Assembly (NCBI GenBank): GCA_945786985.1
Contig: CALZGC010000131.1
Location: forward strand, 946-64,945
Direction: 5' to 3'
From: an uncultured Nitrospirota bacterium
Lineage (GTDB): Bacteria > CG2-30-53-67
DNA length: 64,000 bases
Shown here: positions 31,601 to 40,840 of the stretch, one piece after another
How the letters are laid out: the number at the start of each line of letters is the position of its first letter
Numbering within the stretch: the stretch's first letter is position 1
Translations under genes and position numbers: made by a program
The notes under the pieces: generated by a model
What the model saw: the letters and a program-made list of their open reading frames with translations, nothing else
Database searches by the model: none
Told to the model about the DNA's origin: nothing

Positions 31601-32401
31601 CCACTCCTTGGCTATCAGATGCGCCTTGCCCAGAACCCAGAGCTCCCACGGGGCCTCGGCCGAATCCTCGAAGTGTTGGATCGCGGTGGGCGCCGATTTG
31701 GGATCCAGATCGAGGGAGCGGTCGTAGTAGGCCGCAGACCGTTCCGGTTTCGAGCCTCGCAACAGACTCCCGAGATAAAGGAAGGGCACAGCTTCGTTTG
31801 GGATCTGTTCGAGGAGCTGTTCCAGACGGGGCAGAACCCAGATCAATTCCTCTTCCCTGGCTTTGAGTACGGTGGAATAAGCCGTGAAGGCCTCGCCGTA
31901 AGCACCCTGTCCTTCGAGGATCAGCGCCATCATATATCTCAGCTCGTTCATGAGCAGCACGTTTTGCCCGACACCCGAGAGCTTGCGCAGCTCCTCGGTT
32001 CTCATGCGGGTCCGCTCGAACACGCGGGACAGCACCTCCGCCTCGGTCTCGCCGATGACCGCCAGCACGGCCTTCAAGTCCCGCATGTGGATCATCATTT
32101 CCAGGCGAAGCTCAAAGAATTCGGACCGCCGGATTCCCCCCGGAGGGTTGATGAGTACCTTCAGGATTTCCCGCCCGCGCTCCGGGTCTGCTTTGAACGC
32201 CTTTCGGTACTCCCGGGACGCGGCCTGCGGATCCTGGATCTGGCAGTAGAGCTCTCCCAGCGCCATGAGAAGCGGGATATTCCTTGGATCCTTCCTGACA
32301 GCCGTCTCACAGCACTGAATGCCCTTGTCGATCTTCCCTTTCTCGACAAGTCTATGAGCCTTTTCGATCACTTTTTCCGGTGTTGAAAGATTTGCGAACA
32401 T
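28607..32401 (-). CDS. large tetratricopeptide-repeat protein (1264 aa)
   Basis: many degenerate TPR-like helical pairs along the length; no obvious signal peptide or catalytic motif. Confidence 0.88.
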   Translation of the reverse strand: MFANLSTPEKVIEKAHRLVEKGKIDKGIQCCETAVRKDPRNIPLLMALGELYCQIQDPQAASREYRKAFKADPERGREILKVLINPPGGIRRSEFFELRLEMMIHMRDLKAVLAVIGETEAEVLSRVFERTRMRTEELRKLSGVGQNVLLMNELRYMMALILEGQGAYGEAFTAYSTVLKAREEELIWVLPRLEQLLEQIPNEAVPFLYLGSLLRGSKPERSAAYYDRSLDLDPKSAPTAIQHFEDSAEAPWELWVLGKAHLIAKEWAKGVACFQEIHDPALEPRTMALLKRVNPSLEGVEPVLLLLGDRLRDAGNFEEASTIYGLLHGRVDGEQLRERFKRLVELDPENIGAARTFGELCLDEGDMVGSIAQMRKIVQTDPVQRHIFFDRTFPMLSDHFDEPELPLFLAELCLDDPDVERPVVLLRRFIRLTPDSPERALLLLKRLAEKHPDHPSIRLGEAEALMSLGRDQEALQSLRLTLAGEALLVREVLRHLSMLVRKSPRFGAEVVAFFQELERKGVHEPAMDLVWAEAAMASSDQQEAVSHLMRCVGDDPERNAAVAALIDEWAKAHPDEHTVVLARAELCFRTERYDAVGETLNAYLRNHPQAIGRAIPFYREMIRQRPDETSLHQGMMKAYHLSGTYDMVLEEGAKLEQTLEGSQLGAIHQCMGDACKEMGRFTDAVKLYFQAFKEDGAMAADTAERLQMVLDMNPTLPKASLALGVVLSGCGRVAEGVECLLRLVRDVPQSSSTVMKYLKQISVNHPVAVDPILGMAELHVLAGTYETALDLLWKGIQRDSNQSASILRLLDKIAAKNPGMARTHLEMGKVYLKVGLCAKAAHHFLQAVETDLTLSEQAIKFCHDIIAVDPGELKAYSTVTTIMLRLQRPAAAAQFLSSAGNSHPEMGDTLLPQLEALEKAAPGSAEVVKVVAWNYLEAGRLDEAVAAMERTIALEPSMVEAGEALYNDVLEKQPEHGRARLQRGSCRLHKLDLPAAFEDVRAAVEANPEGTTGGLELLEALRGHGLKGTEFLLFMGDLYADRKEHEPSIQLYQEALEGTQEPAEKIELLLRLAEVHERLGQTDAVQRDLEAARELSSDQSFYYQKVTELTLKRIHRDVKAFQEAAAGDGPLPEAQLKRFISQLILLGRDKEAEEWVRRQIRFRDAHSTREIWGHYHEQVGNYALAVQLQTPEDRYHQLYLLEQAGYALPASVLLEDMLDENPDPQLQNRLNAACSVLMEESLLGQRRPLVGQTRLKIYDLPSAG

Positions 32402-32443
32402 GGAAAGTCCTCACCAGTATGAGAGAAAATCCGGATAAGTATC

Positions 32444-32473
32444 AGTATAATATGCGTCAATTTTCCGTGTCAA
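32444..32473 (-). promoter_or_regulatory. sigma70 promoter of the TPR operon
   Basis: TTGACA-N18-TATACT about 45 bp upstream of ATG 32401. Confidence 0.6.
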
Positions 32474-32906
32474 TTTTTATGTCACTTTGAGGGCTCTTTT
32501 TTGATCCGGCCCGTCGAGACGACGCTCTCTGCGGATGACACAGGGATGCCGCGGAGCAGCTCCCGGACGCTCCTCCCCCGAATACAGAGCCGGCCGGAGC
32601 TGTTGCGATGAAAAACGGGAGAATTATTCTAGAAACCTCAGAAAGAACGGTTAACGGTCCGTTCACGGAATTTGGCTGGATGTTCCCGGGGGGCGACACC
32701 GTGCCTGGCGGGAAACCAACCCGGACCGGTGGCGCTGCATGGCGCAGGAACACGATATCGGCGTCATGATCCTGTTATATTACTGGCGGACAACTCGTTG
32801 AAATCGGACGGATGGGGTGGGGTGCGGGGAATCGATCCTCTCAGCCGGGGCGAAGCACCTGTCCCTCGCCCCGGAGATTCGCCGGCTGAGGGGGGCCGGC
32901 AGCAGG

Positions 32907-33383
32907 CTATTTCAGGGCGGTGTCGAGTATCTTCTCCGCCTGTTTCTCGGAGATCCCCTTGGCCAGGGATATCTCTGAACTGATGAGATGCTTCGTATCA
33001 CAGAGCATCTTCTTCTCACCGAAGGAAAGCTCCTTGTCTCGGGAAAGAAGGGTCAGGTTGCGAAACACTGCTGCTATTTCATAGATGGAGCCGGTCTTAA
33101 TCCTCTCGAGGCTCTCCCGGTAACGCTTATTCCAGTTCGGAACGATGGCCTTGGGCTTTTGCTTCAAGACCTTCACAACCTTCTTGACATCGGAGGACTG
33201 GATGACCTCCCGAAGACCGACTTTATCAACATTGCCGCAGGGGATCATGATCCGGGTCCCCTTCTCGATAATCTTCAAAATGTAGAACTTCTGCTTCTCT
33301 CCCATCAACTCCTTTTCTTCTATGGCTTCGATTTTCCCCAGCCCATGCGAAGGATAGACTACCGTCTTCCCGATCTTATACAT
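32907..33383 (-). CDS. carD: CarD/CdnL family RNA polymerase-binding factor
   Basis: G..VVYP.HG.G.I..IE, VGLR, NWNKRYR, LSFGEKKML; start MYKIG after GGGAG. Confidence 0.93.
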   Translation of the reverse strand: MYKIGKTVVYPSHGLGKIEAIEEKELMGEKQKFYILKIIEKGTRIMIPCGNVDKVGLREVIQSSDVKKVVKVLKQKPKAIVPNWNKRYRESLERIKTGSIYEIAAVFRNLTLLSRDKELSFGEKKMLCDTKHLISSEISLAKGISEKQAEKILDTALK

Positions 33384-33603
33384 ACAACCACTCCCTTCTG
33401 ATGAAAGCACATGGAAAGTCCTTTAAGAATGCCATAAAATACAATAAATTGCAAACGGAGTCAATAAAAATCTAACGCACCCAGAGTCAGAACGAGAATC
33501 TCCTTGACAATTTCCGCCTCCCTAAGATAAATTAGAAGCACCAGAGCATCCTAACATATTGAAAAACATAACTTTTTGCCATCACCCAAAGGAAGGAGCC
33601 CCC

Positions 33604-34683
33604 ATGGCCAAAAATATCCTCGATTTGAGACCGGAAAATGCGGTGAAAAAGCTGGGAAGCGGGAGCAAGGTCTGTTTGTTGAGCTCGAAGGATATCTTTG
33701 ACGTGCTGAAGCAGGAAAGTTGCATTGTGATGGCCAACAACTGCCGGATCAAGCATGCCATCCCGGGGATCATGCGGGCAGCCCAGGAACTCGATGCCGT
33801 CATCGCCTTTGAGCTGGCCAAATCAGAGGGGGGCCTCCCCGCCGGCGGCTATACCGGAATGCCCCCCGCGGTCTACTTCGAAACGGTCGTGGGATATGCT
33901 GAAGAAATGGGGTTCACCACCCCGTTTTTCATCCACGGGGATCACGTCACCACCAAAAGCCCCGCCCCCGACGTGGTGGCCGACTCACGCGCCCTCATTG
34001 AAGCGGAGCTTGCGGCCGGCTACACGTCCATCGCCGTGGACGCCTCCTTTAACGAAACCGCCGACAATGTCAGGATTTCCACCGAACTGGGTAAGATCGT
34101 GCGCAATGCCGGTGCCGGTCTCGAAACGGAAGTCGGGGAAATACTCGCCACCGGCGTCGATGCCCGGATCACCTCAGTGAAAGATGCGGTCGAATTCATG
34201 GAGGGGATCACGGCCAACGGCGTCACGCCAGATCTGCTGGCCATCAACAACGGCTCCAAGCACGGCAATTATACGCCCGGCGAAGAAGTGCACATCGACC
34301 TGAAACGGACGAAGGAGATCTTCGATGCCATCTCCAAGTGGCATGTGGGCATAGCGCAGCACGGCATCACCGGAACACCGGTGCACCTCCTGAGCCAGTT
34401 TGTGGACCACGGTGTTCGCAAGGGAAATGTCGCCACGCTGTGGCAGAACATTGCCCACGAGGGACTGCCGGCCGATCTCATGGGGCAGATCCGCGACTGG
34501 AGCCAAAAGGAGAACAAAGCAATCAAACTCACGACGGTCGTCTTCAAAAAGGAGATCGACAGTATCCCCGAAGAGAACCGAAAGAAGATCGCCGATATGG
34601 CTTACGAAGCCGCCAAGGACTTCCTCACCAACTTCCGCGCCCGGGGGACGGCCACCAAAGTGATTGAGGCCCTCACGCGGTAG
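33604..34683 (+). CDS. class II fructose-bisphosphate aldolase
   Basis: FIHGDH, AGYTSIAVDAS, ETEVGEI, NNGSKHG, AQHGITG, KGNVAT; AAGGAG RBS. Confidence 0.92.
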   Translation: MAKNILDLRPENAVKKLGSGSKVCLLSSKDIFDVLKQESCIVMANNCRIKHAIPGIMRAAQELDAVIAFELAKSEGGLPAGGYTGMPPAVYFETVVGYAEEMGFTTPFFIHGDHVTTKSPAPDVVADSRALIEAELAAGYTSIAVDASFNETADNVRISTELGKIVRNAGAGLETEVGEILATGVDARITSVKDAVEFMEGITANGVTPDLLAINNGSKHGNYTPGEEVHIDLKRTKEIFDAISKWHVGIAQHGITGTPVHLLSQFVDHGVRKGNVATLWQNIAHEGLPADLMGQIRDWSQKENKAIKLTTVVFKKEIDSIPEENRKKIADMAYEAAKDFLTNFRARGTATKVIEALTR

Positions 34684-34789
34684 CCGGCCGGCGGCCTGTT
34701 ATCCGGCGGGCCCTTGATTATACCGCTTACAGTGCTCGACGATCCACCCGGAGGCCGCGGCCCCGCCGCGGCGGGGTCATCACCCATCG

Positions 34790-35653
34790 ATGTTGTGGTT
34801 CTATCTCTCGCTGATCTGTGCCGTCTCCGTGGCCATCGTCGACGCTCTGAGCAAGCGCGCGCTGGGCCGCAGCGACCCGTACGTAATTGCGTGGGTCCGC
34901 CTCGGCTACTGCATCCCTTTCCTGGCCTTCAGTTTCATCTGGATCGAAGTCCCCGAACTGGACGCCCCCTTCTTTCGGACCGTTCTGGTCATGCTGCCGC
35001 TGGAGATCGCAGCACTGATCCTTTATACCCACGCGATCCGGCAGTCGCCCCTCTCCCTGACCATTCCTTTTCTGGCCCTGACCCCGCTGTTTCTCATCGT
35101 CACTGCCTTCGTCATCCTCCAAGAGCGGCCTGACGGGTCGGGAGTGGCGGGGATTGTCCTGATAGCGGCGGGCGCGTATCTGCTGAATGTGCATACCCGG
35201 CGCGACGGTTGGCTGGCGCCGATTCGCGCCATCCTCCAGGAAAGGGGGTCCCGGAAGATGATCGTCGTGGCCTTCCTCTACAGCATTACCTCGGTCCTGG
35301 GCAAGGTGGCCATCCAGCATTCCAGCCCGGCGTTTTTCGGTGTGGTCTACTTTCCCCTCCTCGCACTGGTCAGTCTGCCCTTTCTCGGACTCGCTGCCGG
35401 ACGTCAGGCCTACGGCACGCTGGTGTCGCGAAAAGGGATCTTTACCCTCATTGGTCTGGTCCAGACCGTCATGATCCTCACCCATGTCACCGCCATCAGC
35501 CTGGTGGAAGTCCCCTACATGATCGCTATCAAACGAACCAGTCTTCTGTTCGCCATCGTGCTGGGGTGGATGTTCTTCGGGGAGATCCATATCCGCGAAA
35601 GAGCTCTCGGATCGCTCTGCATGCTGGCGGGCGTGGTGTTGATTCTGTTTTGA
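34790..35653 (+). CDS. EamA/DMT family transporter
   Basis: about 10 TM segments in two repeats; P.LALTPLF, IAIKRTSLLF. Confidence 0.88.
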   Translation: MLWFYLSLICAVSVAIVDALSKRALGRSDPYVIAWVRLGYCIPFLAFSFIWIEVPELDAPFFRTVLVMLPLEIAALILYTHAIRQSPLSLTIPFLALTPLFLIVTAFVILQERPDGSGVAGIVLIAAGAYLLNVHTRRDGWLAPIRAILQERGSRKMIVVAFLYSITSVLGKVAIQHSSPAFFGVVYFPLLALVSLPFLGLAAGRQAYGTLVSRKGIFTLIGLVQTVMILTHVTAISLVEVPYMIAIKRTSLLFAIVLGWMFFGEIHIRERALGSLCMLAGVVLILF

Positions 35654-35704
35654 GCGTGGACGAAAACGCGGCACACGGAACCTGGGGAAAGAGGCCCCGT
35701 CTTT

Positions 35705-36739
35705 TCAGGGCGCACCCCGGTGCGGTTCGAGGATGACCTTGAGGGACACGGCGCTCTCGGCCACCAGACGGAATCCCTCCTGCGCCTCCGCCAGGTCGAG
35801 GCGGTGGGTAATCATGCGGCCCACCGACACGGTTCCGCTCCGCAGCAGTTCGATGGCCACAGCGGTGTCGGCGGGGCTGCTGCCATAGGAATGGATGAGC
35901 CTGATATTGTTGCGCCAGAACGTCTGAACCGGCACCGGCAGTTCGACACCAGGATCGGTGGGGGCAAAAAAGAGAATGGTCCCCGCCCGGTCCACCGACG
36001 CCAGCGCCTGCTGAAAAGCGGGAAGAGCCGAGGTGCAGACGATAACATGGTCCGCGAGGCGGGCACCCCTGCCCTCACCGAGCAGCCGGGCGACATCCTC
36101 GCTCGCCGGAATGACCCCGTCGGCGCCGAGGGTCTCGGCCATTTTGAGACGCGCGGCACTGACATCGGTCACGACGATGCGCGCCGCGCCCGAGGCGCGT
36201 GCCAGTCGCAGATGGAGCAGACCGGAAAGGCCGCTTCCGAGAATGAGCACATGCTGCCCGGGGCCCACCCCGACGGCCCGCTGGGCCCGGACCACGCATG
36301 CCAGGGGTTCGATGAAGGTTCCGTCCTCGAAGGAGACCTCCTCGGGAAGCCGAAAGGTGCCCCGATCGACATGGAGGGCCGGAATGCGGATGTATTCCGA
36401 GAAGCCGCCGGGATCGAAATTGGTGGTGTGCAGGGTATCGCAGGAGGTGTGATCGCCGTTCAGGCAGTAACGGCAAGTGTTACAGGGCACATGATGGGCT
36501 ACAAAAACCCGGTCTCCCGCTTGAAATCGGCGGGCCCGGGAATCGGCTTCCGCCACCACGCCCGTCACCTCATGGCCGAGGACCAGGGGCGCCTTGCGGA
36601 TCCGGTACCACTCCATTACATCGCTGCCGCAGATGCCGCTGGCCATGGTTTTCAGCAGCATCTCCCCCGGCCCCGGGGCAGGCGTCGGCATCTCCTCAAG
36701 CCGGACATCCCGGTTGTTGTAATACATGGCCACCCGCAT
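35705..36739 (-). CDS. zinc-dependent medium-chain dehydrogenase (sorbitol/threonine DH-like)
   Basis: GICGSD, GHE, structural Zn CNTCRYC...C, IEPLAC, GSGLSG. Confidence 0.92.
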   Translation of the reverse strand: MRVAMYYNNRDVRLEEMPTPAPGPGEMLLKTMASGICGSDVMEWYRIRKAPLVLGHEVTGVVAEADSRARRFQAGDRVFVAHHVPCNTCRYCLNGDHTSCDTLHTTNFDPGGFSEYIRIPALHVDRGTFRLPEEVSFEDGTFIEPLACVVRAQRAVGVGPGQHVLILGSGLSGLLHLRLARASGAARIVVTDVSAARLKMAETLGADGVIPASEDVARLLGEGRGARLADHVIVCTSALPAFQQALASVDRAGTILFFAPTDPGVELPVPVQTFWRNNIRLIHSYGSSPADTAVAIELLRSGTVSVGRMITHRLDLAEAQEGFRLVAESAVSLKVILEPHRGAP

Positions 36740-36773
36740 CCGTCACACTCCGGAGCGCAGCCAGGCGTCCGCC

Positions 36774-37568
36774 TCACTCGCCCTGCATGGTCTCCTGATA
36801 GAGTTCGTAGGCCTCGGCAACGCCTGCCTTGGCGTGGATGATCGCGTGCAAGGCCCGCGCCATCGGCACGGGATGCTTGCTCTGCCAGACATTGCGCCCC
36901 AGGTTGATTCCGATGGCCCCTTTCTGCATGCCGTCATGGACAAACTCCAGAACCTCCCGCTCGGTCTCACACTTGGGCCCTCCCGCCATCACCACCGGAA
37001 CGGGACAGCCGTTGACGACCTTGTCGAACCCGTCGTCACACCAGTAGGTCTTCACAATCCTGGCCCCCAACTCGGCCGCAATGCGGCACGCCAGGGCGAG
37101 ATAGCGCGCGTCCCGTTTGACCAGTTCCTTGCCCACGGCCGTGACGGCCATCACGGGAATGCCGTAGTCCTCGCAGGCATTCACCAACTCCGCGAGATTC
37201 ATCAGTGTCTGGCGTTCGTATCGGCTCCCCACGAAGACGGACACACCGACGGCCGCTACGTTGAGGCGCAGGATCTCCTCGATGGAGGTGGTGATCTCTT
37301 CATTGGCAAGATCCTCTCCCACCACGCTCGTACCGCCCGAGACGCGAAGAATGATCGGTTTGCTCTGAACCGGGTTCACCGCCGCCCGCAACACCCCCCG
37401 GGTGACAAAGAGCGCATCGCAATAGGGAAGCAGCGGTTCAATCGTCTCGCCCGGCTTTTCAAGGCATCGCGTTGGTCCCTGGAAATACCCGTGATCGATC
37501 GGCAGGAAATAGCAGTGACCGTCGGGCTGCACCACTTGGCTCAGCCGGTTTTCCATACCCCAATCCAT
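36774..37568 (-). CDS. lsrF: LsrF-like thiolase / class I aldolase family
   Basis: MDWGMENRL, DHGYFQGPT, TRGVLR, LACRIAAELGA..VKTY, AGGPK, GRNVWQ; GGAGG RBS. Confidence 0.85.
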   Translation of the reverse strand: MDWGMENRLSQVVQPDGHCYFLPIDHGYFQGPTRCLEKPGETIEPLLPYCDALFVTRGVLRAAVNPVQSKPIILRVSGGTSVVGEDLANEEITTSIEEILRLNVAAVGVSVFVGSRYERQTLMNLAELVNACEDYGIPVMAVTAVGKELVKRDARYLALACRIAAELGARIVKTYWCDDGFDKVVNGCPVPVVMAGGPKCETEREVLEFVHDGMQKGAIGINLGRNVWQSKHPVPMARALHAIIHAKAGVAEAYELYQETMQGE

Positions 37569-37720
37569 AACGTCTTCCTCCGTGTCTGACTTTGAAAAGA
37601 GAAGGTTCCACGGCAAACCCGCCGCCGGCCGTTGCAAAACGGACATCTTCGGTGTCATCCGATTTAAAGGCTAAACTAATCTTTTTGCGAGACGCGTGTC
37701 AAGCCACTTTTCCCGGGTGA

Positions 37721-38075
37721 CTAGCCCGGACATTGCATGAGTGATCGTCATGAGAGGCCCCAGAGGTGCTAGAGGCGCCACAAGCAAGGCGCAGAAGATT
37801 TTCTGGCTGAAGACATATTGAAATATTTAAGTGGTCCTGTTCGCAAGTATGGTGACGTATCGAGAGGGTCGTAGCGCGGTCTCCTCAAGGCGCGCGACTG
37901 AGGCGTGCCCCCTGCGGTACGACGCAGGGAGCGCCACGCAGAGGAGGGCGCACTACGGCACTCGAATGCCATCGTATTTGCGAATAGGGCCACCAGATCA
38001 ATAAATTTTCTGTAACGCCGCATGTGGCAGACTATCCGGCCTCCTAATAGATTGACTCATGCAATATTCGGGCTA
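37721..38075 (+). mobile_element. MITE-like element copy 3, interrupted by a nested element
   Basis: CTAGCCCGGACATTGCATGAG ... CTCATGCAATATTCGGGCTA; colinear with copies 1 and 4 apart from a ~163-bp insert. Confidence 0.85.
37831..37993. mobile_element. nested second MITE-like element
   Basis: own imperfect terminal IRs GTGGTCCTGTTCGCAAGTATGGTGAC / GCCATCGTATTTGCGAATAGGGCCAC; absent from the other copies. Confidence 0.75.
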
Positions 38076-38259
38076 AGCGGAGGCTCGCCGCGTGAAACAA
38101 GGCCGCGTGCGGCTGCGGCGGAGCGGTGGCCCCGGCACCGACACCTCCCGACGCCGGCGGACGCCGATGCACAGGGGCGTTCCACACGCTATGGGTTGAC
38201 ATAACGGCGGTTCTGACAAATAATAGGCCAGGGCTTTGGCGAGCTTTTGTACGGGAGCC

Positions 38260-40098
38260 ATGCAAAAACGAATCATCCTCCTGGTTATGCTCAGTATGCT
38301 GATCATTCTGGTCAGTCTCGGGATCATCAGTCAACTGAGCGTAAACAATTCTATTCAACGGTCTCTGGACAAACGGCTGACGCTGGCATCCATCATCAGC
38401 CGCTACTTCGACTACATCCTCGAGACCAACCTCACCCGGCTGTATGACATCTCCATCTCGGGACGGGTGGACTTTGCGGATCAGAACTGGGTGCCTGAAA
38501 CAAAGGCCCTCAAAACTGCTTACGAATATTCCATCTTTACGGATCGTATTTTTCTTCTCGACCAGCACGGCAATGTGGTGTTGAATTATCCCCTGCAGGA
38601 GAGCGGGAAGGTGAATCTCCTGAGCATCCCCGCGGTTAGTCGAGTCATGGCGGAGGGCAAGCCGGTGGTCTCCGATGTGTTCACCATGGAACCGACCAAA
38701 AAGAAAGTGATCCTGGCGCTCGTCCCCCTGAAGGATAGGAACGGAGAAAACATCGGTGTGGCCGGCGGGGAGATTAACCCCACGAATTATCTGTTCAACC
38801 AGATGATCAAGTCCATCCCGACGGAGACGGCCACCTGCATCGAACTCGTCGACAGTCAGGGAATCATTATTGCCTCCAACATCCCCAAACGGATTCTCAC
38901 CTGCAGCGACCACAACCAGTTTCTCGGCAAGCTCATCGCCGCACGCAAGAGTTCGGTGGGCACCTGTCACCGCTGCCACCTTGAAGAAGGCTCGCAGAAA
39001 CGTAAAACCAAGGACATGCTGGCCTTCTCACCGCTCTCTGTCGCCCCCTGGGGAATCTCTCTGCGGGAGCCCCAGGATTCGGTCTTCTCCCCAGCCATCA
39101 CCCTGAGACGCAATTTTGTCATCCTCGGCGTCATCGCCCTCGGTGCGGCCCTCGTCCTGGCTATGGGCATGAGCCGCAGCATCGTGCGGCCCATCCAGCT
39201 CCTCATTCAGGCATCCCAGCGGCTGGGGCGGGGAAATCTTCACGAACCCGTTGCCATCACGAGCCGGGACGAAACGGGAGTGCTGGCCGACAGTTTCGAA
39301 GTGATGCGACAGAAACTCGCAGCCTCCCTGGAGCGCATCCAGAAACAGAATCTCGAACTGGAGCAGCGGGTCCTGGACAGAACGGAAGAACTGGAGATGA
39401 GCCGCAAGAAGCTGGCCCGCCTGTACCGAAAGAACATTTCTGTACAGGAGGAAGAGCGCAAACGCATCGCCCGGGAGCTGCATGACGAAACGAGCCAGTC
39501 CCTGAATGCCGTCCTCATTTCCCTGGATACGCTCAACATCGTGTTGCATCAAAGCAATGCCAACCGCACCCATCTGGAAAAGCTGAGAAAAAATGTGGCC
39601 GCCACCCTTCAGGGGATACATCAACTCATCCAGGATCTCCGGCCACCCGTTCTGGACGATCTCGGTCTCGATTCGGCCATTCGGTGGGTGCTGGAGGGAC
39701 ATCTGGGCGCCAGGGGGATCGGCTATTTTTTTGAGACAGAGGGAGCATGCCCGAACACCTCCTCCAACGGCGGAACGGGGGCGGTCGATTGTGCCACCCT
39801 GGAACTGACGCTCTTCCGCGTCATCCAGGAGGCTGTCATCAACATTGAAAAGCACGCCGACGCCAAACATGTTTTTGTGTCGCTTGTCTTCCAAGAAGCC
39901 CATGTGGAGGTCGAAATCGAAGACGACGGGCGGGGGTTCGATGTAGATCGCGTCTACACCACAGTGGAGACGGCGCGCGATACCGGTTCTTTCGGTCTGC
40001 TTGGGATGCGGGAGCGGGTGGCCCTACTGGACGGGCGGCTCACCATCTGCTCGAGACCACATGAGGGGACCCATATCAGCATGACCATCCCCTTCTGA
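38260..40098 (+). CDS. NarX/UhpB-type (HisKA_3) sensor kinase with periplasmic c-heme motif
   Basis: TM-Cache-like domain containing GTCHRCH-TM-HAMP; EERKRIARELHDE, LRPPVLDDLGL, IEDDGRGF, GLLGMRER. Confidence 0.93.
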   Translation: MQKRIILLVMLSMLIILVSLGIISQLSVNNSIQRSLDKRLTLASIISRYFDYILETNLTRLYDISISGRVDFADQNWVPETKALKTAYEYSIFTDRIFLLDQHGNVVLNYPLQESGKVNLLSIPAVSRVMAEGKPVVSDVFTMEPTKKKVILALVPLKDRNGENIGVAGGEINPTNYLFNQMIKSIPTETATCIELVDSQGIIIASNIPKRILTCSDHNQFLGKLIAARKSSVGTCHRCHLEEGSQKRKTKDMLAFSPLSVAPWGISLREPQDSVFSPAITLRRNFVILGVIALGAALVLAMGMSRSIVRPIQLLIQASQRLGRGNLHEPVAITSRDETGVLADSFEVMRQKLAASLERIQKQNLELEQRVLDRTEELEMSRKKLARLYRKNISVQEEERKRIARELHDETSQSLNAVLISLDTLNIVLHQSNANRTHLEKLRKNVAATLQGIHQLIQDLRPPVLDDLGLDSAIRWVLEGHLGARGIGYFFETEGACPNTSSNGGTGAVDCATLELTLFRVIQEAVINIEKHADAKHVFVSLVFQEAHVEVEIEDDGRGFDVDRVYTTVETARDTGSFGLLGMRERVALLDGRLTICSRPHEGTHISMTIPF

Positions 40099-40188
40099 AG
40101 CGACCGACCCGAAGCCCATCGTACATCCGGTGGCCACCGGACGAATCATCGTCAGCGCCCGACGCGGGTGTTGCAGAGAAGGGACGCC

Positions 40189-40839
40189 ATGCCCAAGACA
40201 CGCATTCTCGTCGCCGATGACCATGCCTTGGTGCGGGAGGGAGTCTCCGCCCTGCTGCAGTTGCAGGACGACATGGAGGTGGTGGGCGAAGCCTGCGACG
40301 GACGAGACGCAGTCCGGCTAACGGCAAAACTCAAACCGGACATCGTGCTGATGGACATCGCCATGCCGGGGCTGGGGGGTCTCGAAGCCACCACTGAACT
40401 CAGGAAAACCATGCCCGAGATCAGCATCCTCATCCTGAGCCAGTACGACGACCGCGAATACATCAGCAGGCTGCTCAAAGCGGGGGTGTCGGGCTATATA
40501 CTCAAACACGCGGTCGGCACGGACCTGGTATCGGCCATCCGGGCCGTGGCTCGGGGGGAGTTTTATCTCTACTCCGGTATCGCCTCATCCGTAATCGACG
40601 GCTTTCTCGACAGGAAACAGGCCTTTGCCGAGGACCCCTATGACAAGCTCACGGACCGGGAGAAACAGGTCCTCAAACTGATTGCCGAGGGAAACACCCA
40701 TAAGGAGATTGCCGAACTTCTCAACATCAGCACCAAGACCGTCATCGCCCATCAGACCCATCTTTCGGAGAAACTGGATATCCATTCCCGAGCGGAGCTC
40801 ATCAAGTTTGCCATTCGGAGAGGCATCATCAAAATCTGA
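40189..40839 (+). CDS. NarL/LuxR-family response regulator
   Basis: ADDHALVREG, MDIAMP, GYILK, LTDREKQVLKLIAEG..HKEIA..L.IS.KTV. Confidence 0.96.
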   Translation: MPKTRILVADDHALVREGVSALLQLQDDMEVVGEACDGRDAVRLTAKLKPDIVLMDIAMPGLGGLEATTELRKTMPEISILILSQYDDREYISRLLKAGVSGYILKHAVGTDLVSAIRAVARGEFYLYSGIASSVIDGFLDRKQAFAEDPYDKLTDREKQVLKLIAEGNTHKEIAELLNISTKTVIAHQTHLSEKLDIHSRAELIKFAIRRGIIKI

Positions 40840-40840
40840 G

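Noticed and set aside
32474..32906. 53-codon ORF (32608-32769, +) or ncRNA between the TPR operon and carD
   Set aside because: Weak GGAG only, no recognisable protein or RNA motif; GC hairpins near 32846-32900 are explicable as carD 3' structure
37769..38204. Short ORFs 37769-38023 and 38022-38204
   Set aside because: Lie within or across the nested MITE; no coding signatures
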